Below, piece after piece: positions 45,901 through 52,331 of a DNA stretch of 64,000 nucleotides (position 1 is the first letter of the stretch; each line of letters starts with the position of its first letter). The notes beneath the pieces were generated by a model, which was given only the letters and a program-made list of their open reading frames with translations, did no database searches and was not told where the DNA came from. Source of the DNA: an uncultured Bacteroidales bacterium. Its GTDB lineage: Bacteria; Bacteroidota; Bacteroidia; Bacteroidales; UBA3824. The translations under genes were made by a program, and so were the position numbers. The stretch is from NCBI GenBank assembly GCA_947168365.1, contig CAMVLO010000012.1:2516-66515 (forward strand), in the 5' to 3' direction.

Positions 45901-47180
45901 GGGCTTTTAGGGTTAAAATAAGTATTTTCTACTACATCAATTGGCTTATACTCTCTTACAACCAAATATTTTGTAGCAGTATTCATAGGAGAATCTTTAT
46001 TATAGTCAGGGTTACGATATACCTCATCGTCAGAAAAACGCTCATTAATATATTCTAACAACTTATCCTCGTTTTCAATTTCGTCAATAGATATATTATC
46101 CCATTTTTTATAATCATAACATAGTTCAACTGTACCAAAAACATTAACATCTGCGCTTGGGTCGGTGTCATCGGGATTGTCGCCCTCTGTTGGTTCATCG
46201 TTGTTAGGGTCTTCAGGGTTGTTGCCCTCTGTTGGTTCATCGTTGTTAGTGGCATCTGAGTTATCTCCCTCTGTTGATTCACTCTCGTTATGGTTATCGT
46301 CGTTGTCTCCTTCTATCGGGGCTATGTAATTAGGATTTTTTACCAACTTATAAGTTCTATATGTAAAATAATAAGGTACATTACCATTTTCTATTGGTTT
46401 TGTTGCATCAAAATTTACATTCGATTTTGCTTGTTCGAGAGCTGGTTTAACATAAAAAGGGGTTTCTTCTGCTGCAACTTCACCAGAATAGTCAAAATAA
46501 CAACTATTAGAAGCACCTGAATTCGATACTGATACCTCATAAAAACCCGGCTTAGAACTTAATTTTGAAGTAATGGTAGGCACACTAAACCTTGGGAAAT
46601 TTCCTCCATTTATGGTTACATCTTCATGTGTGTCATTACGAGCATTCTTAGCAACTTTAACGTGCCCTGAAAAACTAAACGACTGTCCTTGATAGTTCAT
46701 GAGTATATCAGGAGAAAAATACACATATACAGTAGAGGTTGACCAATCTCCAACTGTATTGTAAACGAATCTACCATTAAAAAATTTTATATTACCATTT
46801 TTTTCTATTCCATAAGCTTTGCATATAATAGAGGGATTTTCAATACGTTGATCTATCCACATATTATCATCATTTTTTTGATCATCAGTACCAAAATAAA
46901 GAACCGCTCCAAGATTACGTCCTCCTATATTTAACGATAAAGTAACATAATCAAGATAATCATCTCTACCGTCTTGATCATAATAGTCGAATCTAAATTT
47001 TATATAACCTTGATCCAAATGGTTTTCGTAACCATTCCGAAGAGATTCTGTTATTCGGTGTGCCATTGCCGTTTGATTTCCTATTGCTATCAGAAATAGC
47101 GATAGGAAAACCAAAATTTTTAGATATTTCTCATAGATTGGCACGCAAAAATGAGAAAAATAGGTTGTTTTGTTCTCCAT
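36948..47180 (-). CDS. Giant (3410 aa) cell-surface protein: signal peptide, acidic repeats, FN3/Ig-like and CarboxypepD_reg-like modules, at least three LamG/ConA-like domains, T9SS type A C-terminal sorting domain
   Basis: Uninterrupted 10.2-kb ORF. LamG-type pairs are 'FTFQAWVKPT...IDEVRIFSRSLSQNEI', 'FTIETWFNKY...IDNARIWTTKLTSGQL' and 'FTLEFWFKTT...IDEIKVWKLYKP'. CTD is 'VYPTIVDNLVNINAK...INIFDALGRQVY...GLFVVKVIIDNKHFIEKFIKK'. Confidence 0.85.
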   Translation of the reverse strand: MENKTTYFSHFCVPIYEKYLKILVFLSLFLIAIGNQTAMAHRITESLRNGYENHLDQGYIKFRFDYYDQDGRDDYLDYVTLSLNIGGRNLGAVLYFGTDDQKNDDNMWIDQRIENPSIICKAYGIEKNGNIKFFNGRFVYNTVGDWSTSTVYVYFSPDILMNYQGQSFSFSGHVKVAKNARNDTHEDVTINGGNFPRFSVPTITSKLSSKPGFYEVSVSNSGASNSCYFDYSGEVAAEETPFYVKPALEQAKSNVNFDATKPIENGNVPYYFTYRTYKLVKNPNYIAPIEGDNDDNHNESESTEGDNSDATNNDEPTEGNNPEDPNNDEPTEGDNPDDTDPSADVNVFGTVELCYDYKKWDNISIDEIENEDKLLEYINERFSDDEVYRNPDYNKDSPMNTATKYLVVREYKPIDVVENTYFNPKSPVAFGNCPYKYEIDEPIMITTYSTSGSMSRYNGKQGTIQFHIGNAPKTLYIKYYYVVSEYQTCVKTYQHVLQAYQFPEPKNVTFENLENGATKISWTIDTHPNEQITGDGFEVIRSLDNTFLSYDQVADPKNVLKFDPNKNTYSIVDQTGKLNINGPIYYRIRRTETSKTWQWDLYTEVSHYKSMKHANVINGLVEFNYNPNKINGVKLTINLDSKDNYQDKEEANSLVLTENSKIVVIRKNITKSTEQKFEIPIKRDDYDNWILSYEYEELITKACNEFEYWAYVSPGSKNYSVFNPVVLDLQPDLDKIVAIESGNIENLEVSTGYYSDRVDLRWDVVNGALDSYSIERKEFGQPDEKYNLIENVEGAPSASKVLYSDQNALIGKIYSYRVTGKAGCASQIVETAPLTSYGFRTQTGDFFGQVTFENNQGEDSVEIRVETKDYIPSSALALETTQTAKINNNEFLNDVTKEFTFQAWVKPTSEGKIFEKSGMYSIEYIGGKIKFTAGNKTILSESDINTSKFTHITAGVNKDSLFIFINGDWDNSLKERATITSNNNQSEFGENFAGYIDEVRIFSRSLSQNEIASDYNRYILGDKENLILYYNFNYCFDDKVFDMSYLGSDYNKNDATTTGIFTSEQTPTQNQLWYKAITDNTGHYSLRGVPFIGNGTAYTLIPRKGTHEFSPTNEVRYLSENSTNYTINFVDKSSFEVSGTVVYYGGTTPVKGVSFKVDGALAMDKYGMAITTDENGQFKINVPVGVHEVKCYMNGHTFANEGRFIDSKGNDLNYQDILSGLKLHDSTFVKYVGRICGGSIQSELPVGFSLSKNNLSDELTITLTCLATEGKDYNLTNDKYEKIYPHFVKENSTKVEYDTKTVKIYPDKQTGEFVAYLLPEEYKLNIYAGTCHNADQIEGNNSILNLKGSVILMIPEVSEENDTVMYNQKQVFTLRYTPQIEVLQSNFLGKAQYKYFGEEKVSFNNFEGNMVESVVWSEDKGYTFDYPVFESLNTYYFTVNAFEEYRHCENSDIFERVPTSDAKVTFTNQLAATGLSEDQMKDYPSTIELDTMGFGLYAFKCGEPELTSGLKTISAKFVYGNSNTSINWDNPLGNPAGQAYVLGSHVNGADFVTAGPIDLIAILRDPPGTNSYSYIEKGTTITKNKQLTVSVINEGDDLMGVGTRTRTSSVNTAGTPATQTGTVTELTDEENKNKHGLYHKEEFHNDYTWSKSVTLTTRYQTSDSPDMVGADADLFIGNSTNVGVGTTNDVVIIPRDEYEQIKSSVIKTYKVTDDYAMIQQEGINLESSFGTVFAYSRRHIAEVVIPQLEEIRNNILIESYGKSKEQLQTLANSSKKAYYYSTVAPEDETFGTDETYQQILPNDKKQYVDTIKSLNQSIDRWLSALERNDKEKIQANNLVKNFSFEGGGSNVEYSMETGVGSTENFYFTIALGYSNDIESDGTFMGVKREFHIQEKAFTEDGYNWTYDEQKTNTIGFVLVDENPDDYFSVDVFHKYADTEEKEKENKDQDSFDEDEVVDELKGTGSTFETFIFRTRGGVSSCPYEGETKADYWKGHENVVIDQATKRLEVPQISIVDGNFREYVPSGDKASFKLSMKNNSEAHKDVYFYVMIDETSNPDGAILAIDGTTIGGQKLQYLVPAGEEVFKTLTVEKGTALNYDDLKLIMLSQCQDDIADTVSFTVHFTPTCTNVELYEPEQGWKYNTELDKAFDVASNDTSYFKTILIDGFDVNYTDFEHIELQYKAGSESKNWTTLISFYADEELCQQQKENGLNVALVKDNLTSIGRLKYDWFFNASDNLYDVRAVSVCKINNEPVYTYSEIASGVKDMYRPRLFGNAEPADGVLDPNDVIKVSFNESILGGYLTQNSFSVTGIRNGAQTNHSTAIELDGKTSYMETEFDRNLKSKGFTIETWFNKYQNQNGVIFSHGVIGNQLELKLNENNTLTLSINGSDYTSKTLLDNGKAIYNDNWYHVALVQSEDGFATVYFNFEPVITNEYVGEYTSNGKFVVGSALNHGNNFNGAIDNARIWTTKLTSGQLQINSNVQLSGSESGLLDYYPMDEGRGNSTSDRARSVDLHLNNCQWVLPKGYAVEFNGNGYLELPAGAAVTTEDNDFTLEFWFKTTSQNGTIIGNGLGDGTDFGGSNGLFNIGFENNTLTINHNGFKHQVPGTYNDGAWHQMVYTLSRSNGRAYIYMDAKLQSYFESDNVDGLQYDKLYAGARVYQKNTITESDDFQIDNYIVGAIDEIKVWKLYKPQTMVEKALNEKNLGNEIGLQLYYPFEYYFTNNIGLEELGEYSLDKTTVNKIDKYNLTFVNSSFTSDHAPLKDAGSVSQLNYTYVYSDDAIVINLTEPADRIENTIVTFTVQNVYDLNGNKMLSPITWTAYINKNQLVWDEDLVELEKGLKEPLEYKTSFSNKGGSIINYQISNLPSWMKVAETTGTINPVSTQNITFVVDQNLGTGVYDQDIYLTNLDTKVTDILSFNITVNGDKPEWKVNPSDYQYNMVIICKMRFNGVFSTDKRDMIAAFHNDTCVGVGYSQYSPEADMWYVMLTVYGNKPQIANYKYRMWCASTGLTYQAEYDKVYSLDIFKNDNYFGTPATPVIFDGKETRYESIHLNKNWNWISFNLTNENLEKGTTAYLGTNFDKNDLIKSLTAQNSYSPTNKEWQGSNLVLDNQHMYMFRASADKDLSISGSLVDIANTPILAKANQWSYISYLPLVVMETEKALADYDAEDNDIIKGIDGFSMYYRNNWIGNLDYMEPGRGYMIFNTSNQDKTFHYSAKTISKNSVENINHKENIYADNMNIIAKADIEDNQTLYAVDSYGKEFKADKVTIGTQNYYFITVGGQSANDISFVVRDNNNQQISDQIIKYQSNKVIGDISAPFLISFDENTTSVDVYPTIVDNLVNINAKNIKHSIQINIFDALGRQVYTSEKIDVENNYQTEINTSNYSKGLFVVKVIIDNKHFIEKFIKK
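46176..46301 (-). repeat. About three imperfect 42-bp tandem units encoding acidic 'DEPTEG(D/N)NP(D/E)D' repeats near the N-terminus of the giant protein
   Basis: The 26-nt string GCCCTCTGTTGGTTCATCGTTGTTAG occurs at 46182 and 46224 (offset 42). A degenerate third copy starts near 46266. Confidence 0.75.
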
Positions 47181-47348
47181 AATAAATTAAATTATTAAGT
47201 TGTTATTATATATATTTTCTGTGCAATTCAATACTATTTAGTACTTTAACTCTATTTAATATGATTTAACACTAATTTATTTAAATTAAACGACAAACTC
47301 AAAAAAAGGTTTCAAATTATTTAAACTTTAGAAAAAAATTTAAAAAAA

Positions 47349-47356
47349 CAAAATTA
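47349..47356 (-). promoter_or_regulatory. Candidate -7 box for the giant-protein operon
   Basis: TAATTTTG on the minus strand, about 169 nt upstream of ATG 47180. This would imply a long leader inside a 400-bp A+T-rich spacer. Confidence 0.25.
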
Positions 47357-47547
47357 TTTCGTAACTCGCATTTTAACGTAGATACTTTGCGATGTTAACA
47401 ATCAACAAAAAAAATCATCTTTTCTCTATATACTTTTCGCGTAAAAAAAAATAATAGACTACACAATTATTTGGAATATACGAAAGGCGTTTCTTTTTTT
47501 TGGGACAACAATATTTTTTTAACTTCCTATCAAAACGCTATCAACAA

Positions 47548-47585
47548 TCAGCTGAATCTTACTTTTTTTATAAGATTCAGCTGAT
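47548..47585 (-). terminator. Hairpin immediately after the mmcQ/yjbR-like stop codon
   Basis: ATCAGCTGAATCTTA / TAAGATTCAGCTGAT 15-bp perfect stem. Only a weak T-tail on the minus strand. Confidence 0.5.
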
Positions 47586-47944
47586 TATAATACATTTTTC
47601 AATAATTCGTCTTTCGTTTTCTTCGGAATTTTTTTCCAAACCTCGTCGTAAGAATGTTTTACAAGTTCAAATATCAAACTGTCACTAACATCCTCATTGA
47701 AACGGATTTGGTTCCAATATTTTTTGTTCCAATGGAACGCTCCTTCTATCGCAGAATACTCGGCACGAAGTTCCAAAGCCTTTTCGGGATCACATTTCAT
47801 AGTTGCAATATCGTTGACTGTCATTGAAATACAGGCAAAAATCTTGTTACAAATTCTAAACGTAAGAAGATCCTCATCAAAAGGAAAATCCTCTGTAACA
47901 TACGGTAACGAAAGACAATATTCTCTAAATTTTTCTACGTTCAT
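47585..47944 (-). CDS. MmcQ/YjbR-family DNA-binding protein
   Basis: 'FREYCLSLPYVTEDFPFDEDLLTFRI.NKIFA' fits the YjbR pattern. ATG 47944 is preferred over 47986 because a TAAGTTTG box lies about 24 nt upstream of it, inside the longer ORF. Confidence 0.8.
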   Translation of the reverse strand: MNVEKFREYCLSLPYVTEDFPFDEDLLTFRICNKIFACISMTVNDIATMKCDPEKALELRAEYSAIEGAFHWNKKYWNQIRFNEDVSDSLIFELVKHSYDEVWKKIPKKTKDELLKNVL

Positions 47945-47967
47945 TTGTAAAGATAATTTATTTTCAG

Positions 47968-47975
47968 CAAACTTA
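47968..47975 (-). promoter_or_regulatory. -7 box for the mmcQ/yjbR-like gene
   Basis: TAAGTTTG on the minus strand, about 24 nt upstream of ATG 47944. Confidence 0.45.
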
Positions 47976-48044
47976 AATATTTTCATGAAAAGTTACAAAA
48001 AAATGATGTTCAAAAAAAATAGCCACTCATTTTCATAAAATAAT

Positions 48045-48052
48045 TTATCTTT
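48045..48052 (+). promoter_or_regulatory. -7 box for the CDF transporter
   Basis: TATCTTTG, about 28 nt upstream of ATG 48080. Confidence 0.5.
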
Positions 48053-48079
48053 GCGACATCAATTCTAAATCATTTTATC

Positions 48080-49003
48080 ATGGAACAATCTGACCGTGAA
48101 AAGAAAATTTACCGCGTAACACTCAAAGGCAGTGCGGTAAACATGTTTTTGGTGGTAGCAAAATTTGCAGCAGGAATTATAGGAAGTTCGGCGGCGATGA
48201 TTGCCGATGCTGTACATTCTTTGTCGGATTTTATAACTGATTTTGTGGTTGTTGCGTTCGTAAAATTAAGTTCAAAACCACAAGATTCCGACCACGACTA
48301 CGGACACGGAAAATACGAAACTCTCGCAACTGCATTTATCGGTATTTTACTGTTTTTTGTAGGTGCTTTGCTGTTTTACAACGGCATTTCTAAAATTTAC
48401 AACGTTGTAAAAGGCGAAATTTTACCTGTCCCCGGAATTGTAGCTTTTATAGTTGCAATCCTAAGTATTGCGCTGAAAGAATGGGCATACAGATTTACGG
48501 TAAAAGTCGGCAAAGAAGTTGATTCACAAGTTGTTATTGCAAACGCATGGCATCATAGGACAGACTCGTTGTCGTCCGTTGCAACGGCGGCGGGCGTGGG
48601 AATGGCTTTTTTCTTGGGCAACAAATGGACAGTTTTTGATCCGATTGCTGCGGCGCTGGTAAGCATTTTTATAATCAAAACCGCTTACGATTTAATCAAA
48701 CAATCTTTTGGAGAACTTTTGGAGCAAAGTCTGCCGCTGGAAATTGAAGACCGTATTGTAAAAATCGCAGAATCAGAGCCCGAAGTAAGCGATGTTCACG
48801 GACTAAAAACTCGCAGAATAGGCAACCGTATCGCAATAGAAATGCACTTCAGACTTCCGGCAAATATATCGCTTTATCATGCTCATTGTCATGCTACTAA
48901 CATCGAACACAAATTAAAACAAGAGTTCGGAAAAAGCACGCATATTTCGATACATTTTGAACCGGAAAAAATTAACGGAGAATATTGTTGTCCTGATAAC
49001 TAA
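48080..49003 (+). CDS. Cation diffusion facilitator (CDF) family metal efflux transporter
   Basis: Six TM segments. 'DAVHSLSDFITD' and 'NAWHHRTDSLSS' are metal-site motifs. C-terminal cytoplasmic domain present. Confidence 0.9.
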   Translation: MEQSDREKKIYRVTLKGSAVNMFLVVAKFAAGIIGSSAAMIADAVHSLSDFITDFVVVAFVKLSSKPQDSDHDYGHGKYETLATAFIGILLFFVGALLFYNGISKIYNVVKGEILPVPGIVAFIVAILSIALKEWAYRFTVKVGKEVDSQVVIANAWHHRTDSLSSVATAAGVGMAFFLGNKWTVFDPIAAALVSIFIIKTAYDLIKQSFGELLEQSLPLEIEDRIVKIAESEPEVSDVHGLKTRRIGNRIAIEMHFRLPANISLYHAHCHATNIEHKLKQEFGKSTHISIHFEPEKINGEYCCPDN

Positions 49004-49009
49004 AAAAAG

Positions 49010-50590
49010 TTATTCTTGTTTTACAAATCTTTTACCGTTCCAGATGAACATATCGTTATCAATTTTGAGTCCGTTGTTCTCGGTAAAAATTGCGGGAGAA
49101 GAAGTGTAGATGTTTTCTACTTTGGCTACAGCCGCCGCAATTTCGGGTTCGAGGGTTACTCGCATAAGTGTACCATTTCTAATCTCATCAAAAACATAAC
49201 TATAAAAATTGAACGATGTTGGAGTTGCCTCGTCATCAGCTTCATTCGGATTGTTACCTTTTAGCCACGCCACATATTCGTAAACCTTAACAGAGCCGTC
49301 TATAAGTGGAAAAGATTTAAAGACATGCACATAAGAAGACTCCGCCCCCGGATTGTAAATATTAACTCCGTCCTCGGTCTTATTATCCTCATACTCAGAA
49401 TCCTCACGGTCATCGTAATTTAGTAGCGGATTGTTATCGCCCTCCCTTTTATGTTCCTTAATCAACAAATGCCAAATTTGCTTATTTACTTCGGTTTTGT
49501 CCTTATAAATTTTAATAAACTGAATTTCATTGTCACGTCCGCAATAAAATTCAATTATAGAGCCATTGTTTTTGATATAAGAATGATTCCCATCATGCAC
49601 ATAATTATAAAGATTATCCGCTACTTCAGAATCCAATACACTTCCTACACCTAATGAATTGAACCCACCGGCGAACCAATATTTATAACAATAAGTCAAA
49701 CTATAAACTGTTATAGTGTCAATTTTGCCGTCGTCAGAGAGCGAAATCTTAAACTCTTTTTTGCCATTGTGGTTATAAAACATCGTATGCCCCACAGTAT
49801 TGATGTCAAACCCAGGCAATTTATTAGGCGGAATATCTCCCAAACGAATTTCACCTAAACCATTTTCATTAATAAAACCCAATTCTAAATCATCAGATTC
49901 AATAGAATGAAATGTATCACCGTTGAATTTAAAAGATAAAGCAAAATCACTTGAATATTCTCCTGTAATAAAAGTTTTTAAAATTCCGTCATTAGATATT
50001 ATGTAATAAACATAATTTGGGTTAAATCTTTTTTTGGCATTTGTAAAATCAGGGTCATCGGGTTTGTAAAACCACAAAGGCTCTACATTACAAAAATCAT
50101 CAAATGAAGGTTTTGGTAAAATTTCTTTATCTTCTACAACTTTGCCATCTATATATGTGTACGCCTTAAACAACATGTAGTCAATTCCGCCATCTCCAAC
50201 AATCGATTCCTCCTCTACACCATAAAATGCAACATATCCGCCACCGTTTTTGGGTAAACAAGTAACACTCTCTACAATTACAGTTTCTTCATCAACTTCG
50301 GACTTCCGAATAAATGTGTGTTTATCTTCTTCATCACGTCCAACAGCCGGTGCAGTTACAGTAGAATCGGGACAAATTTGTTTATATACCAAATAAGCAA
50401 AATATTCAGCTGACGTATCAACGGGCTTAGAATCGTGATTAATTACTGTATTTTTTACCTCAATATCTTCATTCGTAATTGACTGAGAATTATTAGTTGA
50501 CGAACCGCCACTCGATGCCGACAAAACTATCAACACAGCAACAACGATGCTACACAAAGAATTAATATTTTTAGACTTAATTATATTCAT
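49010..50590 (-). CDS. Hypothetical membrane-anchored/secreted protein
   Basis: N-terminal hydrophobic anchor (LCSIVVAVLIVLSASSGG). No recognisable catalytic motif. Confidence 0.4.
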   Translation of the reverse strand: MNIIKSKNINSLCSIVVAVLIVLSASSGGSSTNNSQSITNEDIEVKNTVINHDSKPVDTSAEYFAYLVYKQICPDSTVTAPAVGRDEEDKHTFIRKSEVDEETVIVESVTCLPKNGGGYVAFYGVEEESIVGDGGIDYMLFKAYTYIDGKVVEDKEILPKPSFDDFCNVEPLWFYKPDDPDFTNAKKRFNPNYVYYIISNDGILKTFITGEYSSDFALSFKFNGDTFHSIESDDLELGFINENGLGEIRLGDIPPNKLPGFDINTVGHTMFYNHNGKKEFKISLSDDGKIDTITVYSLTYCYKYWFAGGFNSLGVGSVLDSEVADNLYNYVHDGNHSYIKNNGSIIEFYCGRDNEIQFIKIYKDKTEVNKQIWHLLIKEHKREGDNNPLLNYDDREDSEYEDNKTEDGVNIYNPGAESSYVHVFKSFPLIDGSVKVYEYVAWLKGNNPNEADDEATPTSFNFYSYVFDEIRNGTLMRVTLEPEIAAAVAKVENIYTSSPAIFTENNGLKIDNDMFIWNGKRFVKQE

Positions 50591-50620
50591 GATTAAAATT
50601 TTACAAATAAAATAAAAAAA

Positions 50621-51091
50621 TTAGAATTCAAAATCCAAAGGTTTTTGAAAACCGTCTTTATCTTTAAGACCTGTTACATGACCAAGATTATTATTCATTG
50701 AACCTTTGATATTTTTCAGATAAAACACCTTGAAAATAGGATTGTCAACGTCATCCTTGTAAAGTTGGTTTACAATACTGCTTTTCTCGATAATCATCTG
50801 TTTTACAACTGAATTATCTTCAAAAACCGCCTCAGCACTAAACCTTATCCATTGAGAAAGCATCGGATCTTTTTCAAGTTTAGAACCGCAAAGTTCCAAA
50901 TTCGGGTTCTGTTGTAACTCACTAAAAATTAGTTTTTTACTATTAGTACAAAACCACAGTTTATTATCATAAATTACCATATATTGCATTGGACGCACCT
51001 TGGGTTTTCCGTCTAAACCGATTGTCGCCATAAATTGAAGACCGATACTATCAAGACACTCAGCAAGCATTTCTAACGTTACCATAAGCAA
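50621..51091 (-). CDS. Pyridoxamine 5'-phosphate oxidase-like FMN-binding family protein
   Basis: 'MATIGLDGKPKVRPMQ' and the overall ~150-aa split-barrel pattern. TACTTTTG box about 26 nt upstream. Confidence 0.65.
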   Translation of the reverse strand: MLMVTLEMLAECLDSIGLQFMATIGLDGKPKVRPMQYMVIYDNKLWFCTNSKKLIFSELQQNPNLELCGSKLEKDPMLSQWIRFSAEAVFEDNSVVKQMIIEKSSIVNQLYKDDVDNPIFKVFYLKNIKGSMNNNLGHVTGLKDKDGFQKPLDFEF

Positions 51092-51116
51092 AATCTATTT
51101 ATAATATTTTTTTTCG

Positions 51117-51124
51117 CAAAAGTA
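51117..51124 (-). promoter_or_regulatory. -7 box for the PNPOx-like gene
   Basis: TACTTTTG on the minus strand, about 26 nt upstream of ATG 51091. Confidence 0.45.
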
Positions 51125-51213
51125 GAAAATTCTAATCATAAAAAATAAATTATTTTCGTAACATCACCCTCCGATTTCGTACTGTTTTTCTTGTTTTTAT
51201 CCTCAGACATTGT

Positions 51214-51221
51214 TATATTTG
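51214..51221 (+). promoter_or_regulatory. -7 box for Rpn-like copy A
   Basis: TATATTTG, 30 nt upstream of ATG 51251, inside the duplicated block. Confidence 0.5.
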
Positions 51222-51250
51222 CACCAAATCTTAAAACGCATTTTAACGAT

Positions 51251-52228
51251 ATGGCACACGTAGTAAATCCAATATACGACACTGTCTTCAAATATATAAT
51301 GCAAGACGAGAAGGTAGCAAAGGTGTTGATTGGCAACATCTTGAAAACAAAAGTCGTGTCTATTCAGATGAATAACAACGAATATGCGGCGATGCTGCCC
51401 GACGGTAAAAAGGTGTTCAAATTGGATTTCTCAGCCACGATTTTGGATCGCGAAGGTAAGCATCAACTTGTTCATATCGAAGTTCAAAAAGCGTTGGAAG
51501 AAGGCGAGATAATGCGTTTCCGTCATTATCTCGGAGCCATTTACATGGACTCAACCAAGAAATATCAGGAAACTATCAAGAATTCCAAGACCCAAGAAGA
51601 AATCACCGTGGAGCATCCTCTGCCGATACACACCATTTATATTTTGGGACATGAACTCGGCTCCGGTCTCAACAAATCTGTAATGCACGGCGAAAATATT
51701 TTCAAGGATCAAGACGGGAACATCATTCAAATTCCACCTGACAACGATTATCTCAACGGTCTTACTCATACCGTTTCCTTTGTGATTGCACCACTAACCA
51801 AGAAAAATGTCAAGACGCACCTTGACCGACTATTGTCCATATTCAGCGATTGTGAGCCAAACAAAGAGGAAATCGAAATTGATGAATATTTCGATGATTC
51901 TGACGACTACCGCACATTGATGAAAGCTTTGCAAAAGGCATCCGTTGACAAGCAACTTCGCGGCAACCTCGAACTCGAACAATACGAATGGGCTAAACAG
52001 ACCAAACTGATGAAGAGAAATATTGAGTTACAAGGTATGGTCGATAAACAGGAAAGGCAGCTCTCACAACAGCAGGAACAACTTTCACAGAAAGATGCAC
52101 AACTTTCTCAACAGCAAAAACAGCTTTCCGCTGCCATCAAAGCACTTTCTGCGAACAATTCTGCGGAGCAAATCGCCCAAATCCTCAATGTTGATAAACA
52201 ACAAGTTGAAGAGATTTTAAAAGGTTAA
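51251..52228 (+). CDS. Rpn-family / PD-(D/E)XK (PDDEXK_2-type) recombination-promoting nuclease-like protein, copy A
   Basis: 'NPIYDTVFKYIM' (hDxxFK motif) and 'KLDFSATILDREGKHQLVHIEVQKA' (D...E-x-Q/K nuclease core). Q-rich coiled-coil tail and terminal 'IAQILNVDKQQVEEIL' HTH-like segment. ATG 51251 lies 30 nt after a TATATTTG box; the longer ORF from 51191 is not supported. Confidence 0.75.
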   Translation: MAHVVNPIYDTVFKYIMQDEKVAKVLIGNILKTKVVSIQMNNNEYAAMLPDGKKVFKLDFSATILDREGKHQLVHIEVQKALEEGEIMRFRHYLGAIYMDSTKKYQETIKNSKTQEEITVEHPLPIHTIYILGHELGSGLNKSVMHGENIFKDQDGNIIQIPPDNDYLNGLTHTVSFVIAPLTKKNVKTHLDRLLSIFSDCEPNKEEIEIDEYFDDSDDYRTLMKALQKASVDKQLRGNLELEQYEWAKQTKLMKRNIELQGMVDKQERQLSQQQEQLSQKDAQLSQQQKQLSAAIKALSANNSAEQIAQILNVDKQQVEEILKG

Positions 52229-52294
52229 AACACAAAAGCCGTTATCTGACGCGATACGGAAATAACATTTTTTGCCATTAAACAAAAACATTGT

Positions 52295-52302
52295 TATATT
52301 TG
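52295..52302 (+). promoter_or_regulatory. -7 box for Rpn-like copy B
   Basis: TATATTTG, 30 nt upstream of ATG 52332. Duplicate of the copy A promoter. Confidence 0.5.
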
Positions 52303-52331
52303 CACCAAATCTTAAAACGCATTTTAACGAT

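Noticed and set aside
47181-47584. Invertible (phase-variable) promoter upstream of the giant gene
   Set aside because: I found no flanking inverted repeats of useful length and no nearby recombinase gene. There is only a long A+T-rich leader with one distant candidate -7 box.
51136-51339. 67-aa minus-strand ORFs (51136-51339 and 52217-52420) with identical N-terminal halves
   Set aside because: They run antisense across the duplicated Rpn promoter and 5' region. Their identity merely reflects the tandem duplication.
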